Origin: Myxococcota bacterium
Lineage (GTDB): Bacteria > Myxococcota_A > UBA796 > CAJQPC01
Reading direction: 5' to 3'
Assembly (NCBI GenBank): GCA_036012755.1
Contig: DASCPX010000009.1
Span: forward strand, 32,001 to 96,000
Length of the DNA stretch: 64,000 nt
Shown piece after piece: positions 8,242 to 17,798 of the stretch. The notes under the pieces are model-generated. The model searched no databases and was not told where the DNA came from. It was given only the letters and a program-made list of their open reading frames with translations. Made by a program: the position numbers and the translations under genes. Numbering within the stretch: the first letter of the stretch is position 1; each line of letters starts with the position of its first letter.

Positions 8242-10856
8242 CCGATGGCCTCGCGAGAGGTCCTCAGGGTCGCGAGGCGGGCCTGGGCGACGCCGAGCTT
8301 GTCGCGGAACTTCTGCACGACCTGCGGCGGCGCCTTGTCGACGAAGCCAGCGTTGCCGAGCTTGCCCTGGAGCTGCGCGACGTCTCGCTCCGTCTTGGCC
8401 AGCTCCTTGTCGAGGCGTGCCCTCTCCGCGTCGAGGTCGACCGTGCCCTCGAGATCGATGAGGATCTCGCAGCCCGGCACCACGGCGGTGGCGTGGTTCT
8501 CCGGTGGCTGTCCGAGGAAGGCCTCGACCCGACTCAGGTGGGAGAGCGCGCCGGCGTGTCGCACCAGCCAGTCGGAGCGCTCGCCGCGGGCGTGGACCGA
8601 AAAGGGCACCTTGGGGCTGATCTCCATGTCGGCCCGCACACGCCTGAGCGCGGTGATGGCCCCCTGGAGGAAGGCGACTTCGTCCAGAATCCGATTATCG
8701 CTCGGGAAATCGTGGGCCTCTGGATAGCGCGCGAGCATCACCGTGCCCTCGGTCCCGGGCAGGCGCTGCCACAGCTCCTCGCCGAGCATCGGCATGATGG
8801 GGTGCATCAGCCGAGCCACCGCCTCGAAGCAGGTCACCAGCGTCGCCTGCGCTGCCGCGCGGGGGGCCCCACCGCCATAGATCGCGGCCTTGGAGAACTC
8901 CAGGTACCAGTCGCAGAGCTCGCCCCAGGTGAAGGCCTGGAGCTCCTGGGCCGCCTGGTCGAAGCGATAGTCGTCCAGCGCAGCGCGGATGCGGGCCGTC
9001 GCCTGCCCCAGCCGGGCCAGGATCCAGCGGTCGTAGGTGCCGGGCTGGACCACCGCGGCGGGGTCGTAGCCGTCCAGGTTCATGTGGAGGTAGCGGAAGG
9101 CCTGCCAGAGCTTGTTGACGAAGCGGCTGGAGACCTCGACGAGCTGGTCCCCCCAGTTGATGTCGCCGCCCTGGGTGGCGTGGAAGGCCAGGGTGTAGCG
9201 GAAGGCGTCGAGGCCGTGCCGCTTGATGGTGTCGAGCGGGTCGATCGTGTTGCCCTTGGTCTTGGACATCTTGTGGCCGTCGGCGTCGCGCACGAGGCCG
9301 TGGATGCAGACCTTCTCGAAGGGCACCGCGCCCATGTTGTGGACCCCGGAGAACATCATCCGGGCGACCCAGAAGAAGATGATGTCGAAGCCAGTGACGA
9401 GCACGCTCGTCGGGTACCAGCGGCGCAGCTCGGGCGTGTCGTCGGGCCAGCCCATCGTCGAAAACGGCCACAGGGCGGAGGAGAACCACGTGTCGAGCAC
9501 GTCAGGGTCCTGCTCGATGCTGGAGGAGCCGCAGGCACGGCACTCTGTGGGGTCCTCTTCGCAGACCTGCAGATCGCCGCAGTCCGAGCAGGTCCAGGCG
9601 GGGATCTGGTGTCCCCACCACAGCTGCCGGCTGATGCACCAGTCGCGGATCTCGCGCATCCAGGCGAAGTAGGTGTTCTCCCACCCCCTCGGCACGAACT
9701 CGGTGTAGCCGCGCTCGACCGCGGCGATGGCCGGAGCCGCCAAGGGCTTCATGCGAACGAACCACTGCTTCGAGAGCATCGGCTCGACAACCGCGTGGCC
9801 ACGCTGGGAACGGCCCAGCGCCATCGTGTGGGGCTCCGAGCCCCTGTCCAGGCCGAGCTCGGCGATGGCTGCCTTGACCGCGTCCCTGGCCTCGAAGCGC
9901 TCCATGCCGCAGAAGCGCCCGCCGTTTTCGTTCACGTAGGCGCGCGTATCGAAGATCGTGATGAACTCGAGGTCGTGGCGCTTGCCCACCTCGTAGTCGT
10001 TGAAGTCGTGGGCAGGGGTCACCTTCACCGCCCCGGTCCCGAACTCGGGATCGACGAGGATGGAGTCGGCGATGATCTCGATGTGGCGGTCCACCAGCGG
10101 GTTGTGCACCGTCTCGCCGATGAGGTGCTGGTAGCGCTCGTCGTCGGGGTGCACGGCCACGGCGGTGTCGCCGAGCATGGTCTCGGGTCGGGTCGTGGCC
10201 ACCACGATCTCGCCGCTGCCGTCCGACAGCGGGTATGCGAAGGACCACAGCTCGCCCTTGTGCTCGCTGTCGTACTCGACCTCGAGCTCCGAGAGCACAG
10301 TGAGGCCTCCCGGATCCCAGTTGATGAGCCTGGTGTCCCGGTAGATGAGGTCCTCTTCGTAGAGCTTGCAGAAGACCTTGCGCACGGCCCGGGACAGGCC
10401 CTCGTCCATCGTGAAGCGCTCGCGACTCCAGTCGCAGGAGACACCGAGCTCGCGCAGCTGGTGGGTGATCCGGCCGCCGCTCTCCGCTTTCCAGGCCCAG
10501 GTCCGCTCGAGGAACTTCTCGCGCCCGAGCTCGACGCGATCGATGCCCTCTGCCGCCAGCTGGCGGGTCACGACGAGCTGCGTGGCGATGCCGGCGTGAT
10601 CGGTGCCCGGAATCCAGAGCGTGTTGTAGCCGTCCATCCGCTTGTACCGGATGAGGATGTCCTGGAGCACGTTGTCCAGGGCGTGGCCCATGTGCAGGAT
10701 GCCCGTGATGTTGGGCGGCGGGATGACGATGCTGAAGGAGCCCTTCTCGCCGTCCTCTGCGGGGTCCGCGGTGAAGAAGCCGCTGTCCTCCCACCAGGCG
10801 TAGTAGCGCTCGGCGGCGGCGTGCGGGTCGTACTTGTCAGGGAGGTCGTTCGACAT
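8238..10856 (-). CDS. valS: Valine--tRNA ligase
   Basis: PPPNITGILHMGH, DWCISRQLWWGH, DVLDTWFSS, KMSKT and C-terminal coiled coil. Confidence 0.98.
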   Translation of the reverse strand: MSNDLPDKYDPHAAAERYYAWWEDSGFFTADPAEDGEKGSFSIVIPPPNITGILHMGHALDNVLQDILIRYKRMDGYNTLWIPGTDHAGIATQLVVTRQLAAEGIDRVELGREKFLERTWAWKAESGGRITHQLRELGVSCDWSRERFTMDEGLSRAVRKVFCKLYEEDLIYRDTRLINWDPGGLTVLSELEVEYDSEHKGELWSFAYPLSDGSGEIVVATTRPETMLGDTAVAVHPDDERYQHLIGETVHNPLVDRHIEIIADSILVDPEFGTGAVKVTPAHDFNDYEVGKRHDLEFITIFDTRAYVNENGGRFCGMERFEARDAVKAAIAELGLDRGSEPHTMALGRSQRGHAVVEPMLSKQWFVRMKPLAAPAIAAVERGYTEFVPRGWENTYFAWMREIRDWCISRQLWWGHQIPAWTCSDCGDLQVCEEDPTECRACGSSSIEQDPDVLDTWFSSALWPFSTMGWPDDTPELRRWYPTSVLVTGFDIIFFWVARMMFSGVHNMGAVPFEKVCIHGLVRDADGHKMSKTKGNTIDPLDTIKRHGLDAFRYTLAFHATQGGDINWGDQLVEVSSRFVNKLWQAFRYLHMNLDGYDPAAVVQPGTYDRWILARLGQATARIRAALDDYRFDQAAQELQAFTWGELCDWYLEFSKAAIYGGGAPRAAAQATLVTCFEAVARLMHPIMPMLGEELWQRLPGTEGTVMLARYPEAHDFPSDNRILDEVAFLQGAITALRRVRADMEISPKVPFSVHARGERSDWLVRHAGALSHLSRVEAFLGQPPENHATAVVPGCEILIDLEGTVDLDAERARLDKELAKTERDVAQLQGKLGNAGFVDKAPPQVVQKFRDKLGVAQARLATLRTSREAIG

Positions 10857-10883
10857 GGCAGGCCCCGCTAACTCGGACGAAGT

Positions 10884-11585
10884 CTAGCCGCGCTTGGCCA
10901 GCTCTTCCTTGACCGCCTTCTCGACCGCCTGGGCCACGATCTCCCGGAACTCCGGAGAGGAGACCAGGGCATTGCGGAGCACACCCTCGACCACCTCTGG
11001 GAGGACCTCCAGGATCGCGCGCTCGAGCGCCGGACCGACGACCTCCGGGTCGACCGAGACGGGCTCCGGCTGGCGGAAGTCCCGGGGAAGGAAGGTGGCC
11101 AGCCGCTCCTCGGAGACCGGGACGTTGTGCCTCGGCCCGACGAGGGGCCCGTCATAGCTCGGGACCGCGTCTGGGAGCTCTGACAGGTCGGGGGAGGTGA
11201 TCTCGGGCAGTCCGAAGCCGACGAGCCCGATGGCCTCTTCGACCTTGGACCGGAGCGAGCGGGCGGTGAAGGGCACCGAGATCTTCCCGTCCACCCCGCA
11301 CTCCGTCGCCCGGACCTCGTCGTACACGTCGAAGCCGCCAGCGAGCAGGTAGACCAGGGCCGCCGGGTAGCGCTCGCGCATCGCCCGGGCGAGGTCGTAG
11401 CCAGTCCCGCGTGGGAGACGGACCGCCGAGATGACGAGGTCGACGCTGTGGCCGTTGGAGGCTTCCTCCGCGTCGTCGAGGCCACGCGCACGAAGGCACG
11501 GGAAGCCCGTCCCTCGGAAGGCTTCCTCGACCCGACGACAGGTGGCCGGGTTGGGGTCCACCACGAGCACGGTCTTGCGAGTCAC
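10884..11585 (-). CDS. Response regulator with atypical receiver, Pro-rich linker and C-terminal helix (RomR-like)
   Basis: GTG start giving VTRKTVLVVDP; receiver fold (DLVISAVRLPRGTGYDL, VPF); C-terminal ALERAILEVLPEVVEGVLR; lies directly upstream of valS. Confidence 0.7.
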   Translation of the reverse strand: MTRKTVLVVDPNPATCRRVEEAFRGTGFPCLRARGLDDAEEASNGHSVDLVISAVRLPRGTGYDLARAMRERYPAALVYLLAGGFDVYDEVRATECGVDGKISVPFTARSLRSKVEEAIGLVGFGLPEITSPDLSELPDAVPSYDGPLVGPRHNVPVSEERLATFLPRDFRQPEPVSVDPEVVGPALERAILEVLPEVVEGVLRNALVSSPEFREIVAQAVEKAVKEELAKRG

Positions 11586-11625
11586 GGTGGGGATCCCTAC
11601 CACCGCAACGGCGGTGGAGTCAAAG

Positions 11626-12444
11626 TCAGTCTTGAACGACGAGGACGTGCATGCCGCGGGTGACGACCTCGACCTTCTGCCCGTCTTCCATCTCGACCAC
11701 GTCGGAGTTCTGGAAGCCGACGAAGAGGTTGATGTACTCGACGGGCAGATCGCCGTTGAGCAGACCCCAGACCTCGTCGTCCACGTAGAAGCCGTCCTCG
11801 TCAGCGGCGCAGGTGACGGTGCCCCACGGCTCGCCGTCGCGCTCCTGCCGGATCTGGACCCAGGTCTCCTCCCAGCCCTCGGCATCCCAGGACAGCTCGA
11901 CGGGCTCGCCGAAGCTCAGGTTGCCGTCTTCATCGACGTCGTCGATGTCCTCGTCCACCCAGTCGATCTCCCCCGCAGCCGGCGTGCTGGCCCCGTCGAG
12001 TGCGGCGGCCTCTTCGAGCCAGACCCCCCCTTCGAGCAGGTCTTCCGAGCGCTCACAGGAGCGCACGTTCGACAGCACCTCGTGGTGGTAGAAGCCAGCG
12101 GCCTTGCGGGCGAGCTCGCCCCCGCCGTCGTCCGTGGACCAGCGGGGCTCGTCACCGCCCAGGCCGGGCAGGTCGGCGCCGCCCGCGCCGGCGTCCTCTG
12201 GGAACATGGACAGACCGTAGACGCAGCCGCCGGGCAGCTCGCGCTCCTGCAGCCCGTCGGGTGCGTACTCCAGCGCGACGTCGAAGCTGAAGACGCCCTC
12301 GTAGAGGTCCCCGGTCTCGTTGTCCCCGCACTCCCAGGTGTAGACGTCACTGGTCAGGCGAGCGTCGGCCTCGGGCCCCTTTCCAAGGTCGAGAGTGCCA
12401 CTGCAGCCCTTGCAGCCGGTCAGGATCATCATCAGTCCAAGCAT
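11626..12444 (-). CDS. Hypothetical acidic lipoprotein
   Basis: MLGLMMILTGC lipobox-like start at 12444 (ORF track starts at 12474); acidic, Cys-containing; GC3-rich codons. Confidence 0.65.
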   Translation of the reverse strand: MLGLMMILTGCKGCSGTLDLGKGPEADARLTSDVYTWECGDNETGDLYEGVFSFDVALEYAPDGLQERELPGGCVYGLSMFPEDAGAGGADLPGLGGDEPRWSTDDGGGELARKAAGFYHHEVLSNVRSCERSEDLLEGGVWLEEAAALDGASTPAAGEIDWVDEDIDDVDEDGNLSFGEPVELSWDAEGWEETWVQIRQERDGEPWGTVTCAADEDGFYVDDEVWGLLNGDLPVEYINLFVGFQNSDVVEMEDGQKVEVVTRGMHVLVVQD

Positions 12445-12539
12445 CGAAGAAACCTCAGAAGCGACAGAGATCATACCCAGGGCACGGTCGCCTGTCTGTC
12501 AATCCGAGGCTACGTTCGTCTGCTCGGAGGCGTGACACC

Positions 12540-14384
12540 GTGCTGTGGCTCTTTGCCTGCGTCGAAACCGGCCCAGCGCCGATGAACGACCTGTCAGCAG
12601 GGTTCTTCGACGCTCCCTGGCCCTCCGACCTCCGGAGGACGGCGTCAGGGGGCCTGGATCTCACCGGCTTCCCGAGTCGCGACGAGCAGCCGCTGGTCTC
12701 GCTCTACTGCGACGAGGGAGAGACGGGCATCGACGGCGCGGGGACGACGGCGCCCATCACCTTCCGCTTCGACGGCGAGCTGGCGACCGGTGACCTCCCC
12801 AAGCCCCTCGGAACGCTGTACCCCTCCAGCGCGCTGTTCTTGATCGACGTCGATCCGGACTCTCCCCACTTCGGCACGCGCGTCCCCGTCGAGTGGGACT
12901 ACCAGGAAGACGAGACCACCTTCCAGCCCACCAACCTCCTGACCCTGGCGCCGCTGTCGGGGATCCCACTTCGGCCAGGGAACACCTACGCCGCAGGGGT
13001 CACGACCAAGGTCGCCGCACGCGACGGTGACTTCTGGGAGGTCTTCACCGTCGATCACCCGGACCACGCCCTCTACGCAGACCTCCAGGCCGCGCTGTTC
13101 GAGGACGGAACGGCGGTCGAGGACGTGGCCATCGCGACGGTCTTCACCACCCAGGACCCGGTCGACGAGACAGCGCTGATCGCCAGCTGGATCCAGGAGA
13201 ACCTCGGCGTCCAGGATCTCTCCCAGGAGCTCACGCTCACTCACGCGGCCCGGACCTACACGCACTACGAGGGCACCCTCTGGCTGCCGATCTGGCAACA
13301 CGGGGAGCGGCCCTACGCCAGCGAGGGGGGCCAGTTCGTGATCGAGGACGGCGAGCCCGTCATCTACGCCTGGGAGCGGATCGCCATCTCCTGGACCGTC
13401 CCGGCTGACCGGGAGATGCCCGCGGAGGGCTGGCCGGTCGTCATCTACGCCCACGGCACCGGCGGGGACTGGACGACCTGCTGCAACGACTACAGCAAGT
13501 ACGCCCAGGCCTCCAGGGCCGGAGAGGCCGGCCTGGCCATGCTGGGCTTCTCCCAGCCCCTGCACGGTGACCGCAAGACCGCGGACACCAGCGAGGAGTT
13601 CCACACCTTCAACTACTTCAACCCGGACTCGGCGCGCTCCAACTTCCGCCAGGGCGCCCTGGACATCGTCTACCTGGCGCATGTCGTCAGCGGCCGCTCC
13701 CACACCTTCGGGCTCGAGGGCGAGGAGCACGTCACGAACCCCGAGATGACCCTCTTCATGGGCCACAGCCAGGGGGGCATCACGGGGGCCATCGCCCTCC
13801 CCTTCCTTGGCGACGACATCCGGGGTGCAGTGCTCAGCGGAGCCGGCGGGGGCCTGTCCCTGTCAATGGTCTACAGGAAGGAGGGCGGCTTCGACATCGA
13901 GTCGCTCATCACCGAGGTCCTGGACTTCAGCTCCGACGAGGAGCTCGATCCCCTCCATCCCGTGGCGGGCCTGCTCCAGACGCTGGCGGAGAGCACCGAC
14001 TCGGCCAACTACGCGCAGTACTGGTTCCAGCGCCGCTCCTGGTTCACCGGGCCCCCGGTGCCCGTGCTGATGTTCGAGGGCATGCTGGACCTCCACACAC
14101 CGCCCATCACCAGCGAGGCGCTGGCCGCGGCCGGGGGCGTCCCGATCATCGAGCCCAGCGTGAGCGTGAACGACGCCAACCGCGTCCAGGGCATCGGCAC
14201 CATCGTGACGCCGACCTCCTACAACGTCGAGACGCGCCTGGACGGCTGGACCACCGCGGGGCTCGCGCAGTACGACGACCAGGACCACTTCGCGATCCAC
14301 AACCTCGGCGCGGCCCAGCGGCTCTACCGGGACTTCCTGAAGAGCGTCGTGGAAGGGGACCCGGCGATCGGGGTGCTGCGATGA
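12540..14384 (+). CDS. Alpha/beta-hydrolase (lipase-like) lipoprotein
   Basis: MLWLFAC start; YAHGTGG oxyanion region, GHSQGG nucleophile elbow, candidate Asp (GMLD) and His (DHF). Confidence 0.8.
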   Translation: MLWLFACVETGPAPMNDLSAGFFDAPWPSDLRRTASGGLDLTGFPSRDEQPLVSLYCDEGETGIDGAGTTAPITFRFDGELATGDLPKPLGTLYPSSALFLIDVDPDSPHFGTRVPVEWDYQEDETTFQPTNLLTLAPLSGIPLRPGNTYAAGVTTKVAARDGDFWEVFTVDHPDHALYADLQAALFEDGTAVEDVAIATVFTTQDPVDETALIASWIQENLGVQDLSQELTLTHAARTYTHYEGTLWLPIWQHGERPYASEGGQFVIEDGEPVIYAWERIAISWTVPADREMPAEGWPVVIYAHGTGGDWTTCCNDYSKYAQASRAGEAGLAMLGFSQPLHGDRKTADTSEEFHTFNYFNPDSARSNFRQGALDIVYLAHVVSGRSHTFGLEGEEHVTNPEMTLFMGHSQGGITGAIALPFLGDDIRGAVLSGAGGGLSLSMVYRKEGGFDIESLITEVLDFSSDEELDPLHPVAGLLQTLAESTDSANYAQYWFQRRSWFTGPPVPVLMFEGMLDLHTPPITSEALAAAGGVPIIEPSVSVNDANRVQGIGTIVTPTSYNVETRLDGWTTAGLAQYDDQDHFAIHNLGAAQRLYRDFLKSVVEGDPAIGVLR

Positions 14385-14911
14385 AGAACCTCCTGCTCGG
14401 CGTGAGCGGCGGCATCGCGGTCTACAAGGCCTGCGAGCTGACCTCGCTGGCCACGAAGGCTGGCTGGGACGTGCGGGTCGTGATGAGTGACAACGCCACC
14501 CGCTTCGTGGGGCCTGTGACCTTCGCGGGTCTGACGGGCAACCCCGTCCTCACCTCCACCTTCGACGACGCGATGGCCCACATCGACTGGCCGAAGTGGG
14601 CGACGGTCGCCTGCGTGGCGCCAGCCACCGCGAACAGCCTCGCCAAGCTCGCAAGCGGCATCGCGGACGACGTTCTGTCGACCACCCTGTTGGCACTTCG
14701 GCGAGGCACGCCCTGCGTCCTCGGGCCGGCGATGAACACCGAGATGTGGTGCAACCCCGCGGTCCAGCGAAACGTCGCGTGGCTCGCCGAGCAGGAGCGC
14801 TACACCATCGTGGACCCGGTCGAAAAGCGCCTGGCTTGCGGAGACGTCGGCGTCGGTGGGCTGGCCTCGCCAGGGGACCTGCTGGCTGCGATCGAGGGCG
14901 CGAGGGGTTAG
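14381..14911 (+). CDS. coaC: Phosphopantothenoylcysteine decarboxylase (stand-alone CoaC flavoprotein)
   Basis: GVSGGIAVYKA, MAHI, APATANSLAKLASGIADD, PAMNTEMW, RLACGDVGVG. Confidence 0.88.
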   Translation: MKNLLLGVSGGIAVYKACELTSLATKAGWDVRVVMSDNATRFVGPVTFAGLTGNPVLTSTFDDAMAHIDWPKWATVACVAPATANSLAKLASGIADDVLSTTLLALRRGTPCVLGPAMNTEMWCNPAVQRNVAWLAEQERYTIVDPVEKRLACGDVGVGGLASPGDLLAAIEGARG

Positions 14912-15029
14912 CTTGGGCCTGATGCGAGAGAACTCGAGCACCTGCATGTGTCCCGGCGCGACTCGACCGCGCTGCACTCGCTAGTCTCAACGCAATCCAA
15001 TCCGGGCTTCCGGCCCACCGAGTTCGACG

Positions 15030-15953
15030 ATGAACGCAAGTGCCCCCTGGCACGGCGAGGACGGGCTCCTCGGCCGTGTCGGAAACACCCCGCTGGTACG
15101 ACTGGAGAGCTTCGAGCTGCCAGACGGCGTCGAGCTCTACGCCAAGTGCGAGTGGTTCAACCCCGGCGGCTCGGTGAAGGACCGCGCGGCCGCCTCCATC
15201 ATCCTCGAGGCCGAGCGCTCCGGCCGGCTGCGGCCCGGCATGCGGCTGTTGGATGCCTCCTCCGGCAACACCGGCATCGCCTATGCCTGGATCGGAGCCA
15301 GGAGGGGCTATCCCCTCACCCTGTGCCTGCCGGCCAACGCCAACGCCGAGCGCCAGCGCACGCTCAGGGCCTACGGAGTGGAGCTCGAGCTGACCTCGCC
15401 CCTGGAGGGCTCCGACGGCGCCATCCTCAGAGCCCGCGAACTGGCCGACGACGAGCGCTTCTTCTACTGCTCCCAGTACGACAACGACGCAAACTGGCGA
15501 GCGCACCAGAGCTCGACGGGCCCCGAGATCTGGCGCGACACGCGCGGCCGGGTCACCCACTGGGTGGCGACCCTCGGCACGACCGGGACCTTCATGGGGA
15601 CCTCGCGCTTCCTGCGACCGCACGGGGTCGCCTGCATCGGAGTGCAGCCCGACTCGCCCTTTCACGGGCTGGAGGGGCTCAAGCACCTGGAGACGGCGAT
15701 CGTGCCCGGAATCTGGAACCCGGAGGGGCTGCTCGACGACACCCTCTGGGCCCCGACCGAGCGCTGCTACGAGCTGGTCCGACAGCTCGCGGCAGAGGAG
15801 GGCCTGCTCGTCGGCATCTCCAGCGGAGCCGCGGTCTGGGCGGCCCTGCAGGTGGCCAGGGGCCTGGAGAACGGCGTCGTCGTCACCCTCCTGCCGGACG
15901 GGGGCGACCGCTACCTCTCCGAGCCCCACGTCTGGGGGGAAGATGAAGATTGA
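15030..15953 (+). CDS. cysM: PLP-dependent cysteine synthase (CysM-like)
   Basis: VGNTPLVRL, NPGGSVKDR, SSGNTG, GTTGT, GISSGA, DGGDRYLS. Confidence 0.92.
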   Translation: MNASAPWHGEDGLLGRVGNTPLVRLESFELPDGVELYAKCEWFNPGGSVKDRAAASIILEAERSGRLRPGMRLLDASSGNTGIAYAWIGARRGYPLTLCLPANANAERQRTLRAYGVELELTSPLEGSDGAILRARELADDERFFYCSQYDNDANWRAHQSSTGPEIWRDTRGRVTHWVATLGTTGTFMGTSRFLRPHGVACIGVQPDSPFHGLEGLKHLETAIVPGIWNPEGLLDDTLWAPTERCYELVRQLAAEEGLLVGISSGAAVWAALQVARGLENGVVVTLLPDGGDRYLSEPHVWGEDED

Positions 15954-16356
15954 GCGAGCCGAGCTCGACAAACTCTGGGCCCACGCGCGGCAGGGCTACC
16001 CCCACGAGGTGGTGGGCATCCTCGCCGGTGAGCGGGAGACCGGGCACGTCAGGCGCGTCCAGCCCCTGGTGAACGAGCGCGCCGATGCCGCCCACAACCG
16101 CTACCGCGTCAGCGGCCTGCTGCTGATGAGAGCCGAGCGCAGCCTGGAGGCAGAGGGCCTCCAGATCGTCGGCTACTACCACAGCCACCCGGATCATCCC
16201 GCGCGCTACTCCGAGACCGATCGGGACAACGCGCTGCCCAACACGAGCTACCTGATCACCGCCGTGAAAGGCGGGGAGATAGCAGACACCCTCAGCTGGC
16301 GCCTGGAGGAGGACCGCTCCTCCATGGTCGCCGAAGACATCGAGATCCTGCCCTAG
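15943..16356 (+). CDS. mec: JAB/JAMM (M67) metallopeptidase, Mec-like
   Basis: YPHEVVG and YHSHPDHPARYSETD JAMM motif. Confidence 0.9.
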   Translation: MKIERAELDKLWAHARQGYPHEVVGILAGERETGHVRRVQPLVNERADAAHNRYRVSGLLLMRAERSLEAEGLQIVGYYHSHPDHPARYSETDRDNALPNTSYLITAVKGGEIADTLSWRLEEDRSSMVAEDIEILP

Positions 16357-16374
16357 GGCCCGGAGACAACGACC

Positions 16375-16653
16375 ATGGCCACCATCCACATCCCCACCCC
16401 GCTCCGCCCCTACACCGACGGCAACGCCTCGGTCGATGTCGGCGGCAGCACCGTCGGCGAGGCCCTCGCGGCGCTGACGAGGACCCATCCTCGGCTGACG
16501 AAGCACCTTCGAGGTGACAACGGCAAGCTGCGCAGCTTCGTCAACGTCTACCTCGGCGACGAGGACATCCGCTTCCTCGACAAGGAGGCGACCCCCCTGG
16601 GAGAGGGGGACGAGCTGACCATCGTCCCGTCGATCGCCGGGGGTGTACGGTGA
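16375..16653 (+). CDS. moaD: MoaD/ThiS/CysO ubiquitin-like sulfur carrier
   Basis: IPTPLRPYT...FVNVYL...PSIAGG-VR. Confidence 0.92.
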   Translation: MATIHIPTPLRPYTDGNASVDVGGSTVGEALAALTRTHPRLTKHLRGDNGKLRSFVNVYLGDEDIRFLDKEATPLGEGDELTIVPSIAGGVR

Positions 16654-17798
16654 CCCTGCCCCTGCTCGAAGCGCCGGAGATCGCAAGGTATTCGCGCCAT
16701 CTCATCCTCGACGAGGTCGGCATGGAGGGCCAGCGCCGGCTGAAGGGCAGCTCCGTGCTCTGTGTGGGCACCGGCGGCTTGGGCTCGCCGCTGTTGATGT
16801 ACCTGGCGGCGGCTGGAGTCGGCCGCATCGGCATCGTCGACTTCGACGTCGTCGACGAGTCCAACCTCCAGCGACAGATCATCCACGGCACCTCGAGCCT
16901 GGGGCGACCCAAGGTGCAGTCCGCCGTCGAGCGCTTGGGAGACATCAACCCCTTCGTCCGCCTCGACGTCTACGAAGAGGCCCTGACCTCCGACAACGCG
17001 CTGGCCATCCTGGAGCCCTACGACGTCGTCGTCGACGGCACCGACAACTTCCCCACGCGCTACCTCGTCAACGACGCCTGCGTGATCCTCGGCAAGCCGA
17101 ACGTCTACGGCTCGATTTTCAAGTTCGAGGGCCAGGCGAGCGTCTTCAACTACCAGGGCGGGCCGAACTACCGCGACCTGTACCCGGAGCCCCCGCCTCC
17201 AGGGCTGGTGCCGTCGTGCGCGGAGGGAGGCGTGCTGGGGATCCTCCCTGGCGTCATCGGCTGCATCCAGGCGACCGAGACGATCAAGATCCTGCTCGGT
17301 CGAGGGAACACCCTCTCCGGTCGGCTCATGCTCTACAACGCCCTGGACATGAGCTTCCGCGAGCTCAAGCTGCGCCGCGACCCGGACGCCCCGGCGATCA
17401 CCGAGCTCATCGATTACGTGCAGTTCTGCGGCGTGCCTCACAACGACCACGAGACGGTCGGCTCGGTGGGCGAGGGCTTCGGCCGCATCAGCGTGGCCGA
17501 GGCGAAGGCCCGCCTCGACTCGGGGTGGGCGCCCTATGTCCTGGACGTGCGCCGTCCCAACGAGGCGGACATCGTGGCCTTCGACTTCTCCGACCGCCTC
17601 CAGCCCCACGGGATGGTGCTCGACATCGCCGAGGAGCTCCCGCGAGATCGGGACATCCTCGTGCACTGCAAGATGGGAGCGCGCTCCGCCACTGCCTGCT
17701 CGATGCTCGCCGGCGCCGGCTTCGAGCGGCTCTACAACCTCGAGGGCGGCATCGTCGGCTGGGCAAGGGAGATCGACTCCTCGCTGCCGGTGTATTGA
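16650..17798 (+). CDS. moeB: MoeB/MoeZ adenylyltransferase with C-terminal rhodanese
   Basis: RYSRHL, GTGGLG, DFDVVDESNLQRQ, PSCAEGGVLG; rhodanese HCKMGARS. Confidence 0.95.
   Translation: MTLPLLEAPEIARYSRHLILDEVGMEGQRRLKGSSVLCVGTGGLGSPLLMYLAAAGVGRIGIVDFDVVDESNLQRQIIHGTSSLGRPKVQSAVERLGDINPFVRLDVYEEALTSDNALAILEPYDVVVDGTDNFPTRYLVNDACVILGKPNVYGSIFKFEGQASVFNYQGGPNYRDLYPEPPPPGLVPSCAEGGVLGILPGVIGCIQATETIKILLGRGNTLSGRLMLYNALDMSFRELKLRRDPDAPAITELIDYVQFCGVPHNDHETVGSVGEGFGRISVAEAKARLDSGWAPYVLDVRRPNEADIVAFDFSDRLQPHGMVLDIAEELPRDRDILVHCKMGARSATACSMLAGAGFERLYNLEGGIVGWAREIDSSLPVY

Noticed and set aside
8493..10871. Very long antisense or alternate-frame ORFs (e.g. 8493..10871+, 21761..24214-, 45069..47801-, 51441..54167+, 52609..55386-, 61483..63744-)
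   Set aside because: They are shadows of well-supported genes. High GC suppresses stop codons, and the translations are Arg/Pro/Gly-rich with no family motifs.
12470..12502. Sigma-70 promoter TTGACA...TATGAT on the minus strand
   Set aside because: The spacer is 21 nt, too long for a canonical pair. Only the -10 hexamer is plausible.
14381..14911. LanD/EpiD-type RiPP decarboxylase linked to the radical SAM genes
   Set aside because: The motifs (RLACGDVGVG, PAMNTEMW) fit CoaC. The gene is 10 kb from the radical SAMs with housekeeping genes between, and no precursor is visible.
16643..17794. N-terminal extensions in the ORF track (16643 tauE, 11885 regulator, 26623, 29970, 30412, 50067, 50687, 54363, 57418, 61510)
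   Set aside because: They overlap neighbouring genes or promoters and lack family features. Starts were reset to stop/start overlaps or motif-consistent codons.
15943..17798. Ubiquitin-like antiphage system (Bil/CBASS-type E1-JAB-Ubl)
   Set aside because: There is no E2 or CD-NTase. The E1 has a rhodanese domain and sits beside a cysteine synthase, which fits sulfur transfer.
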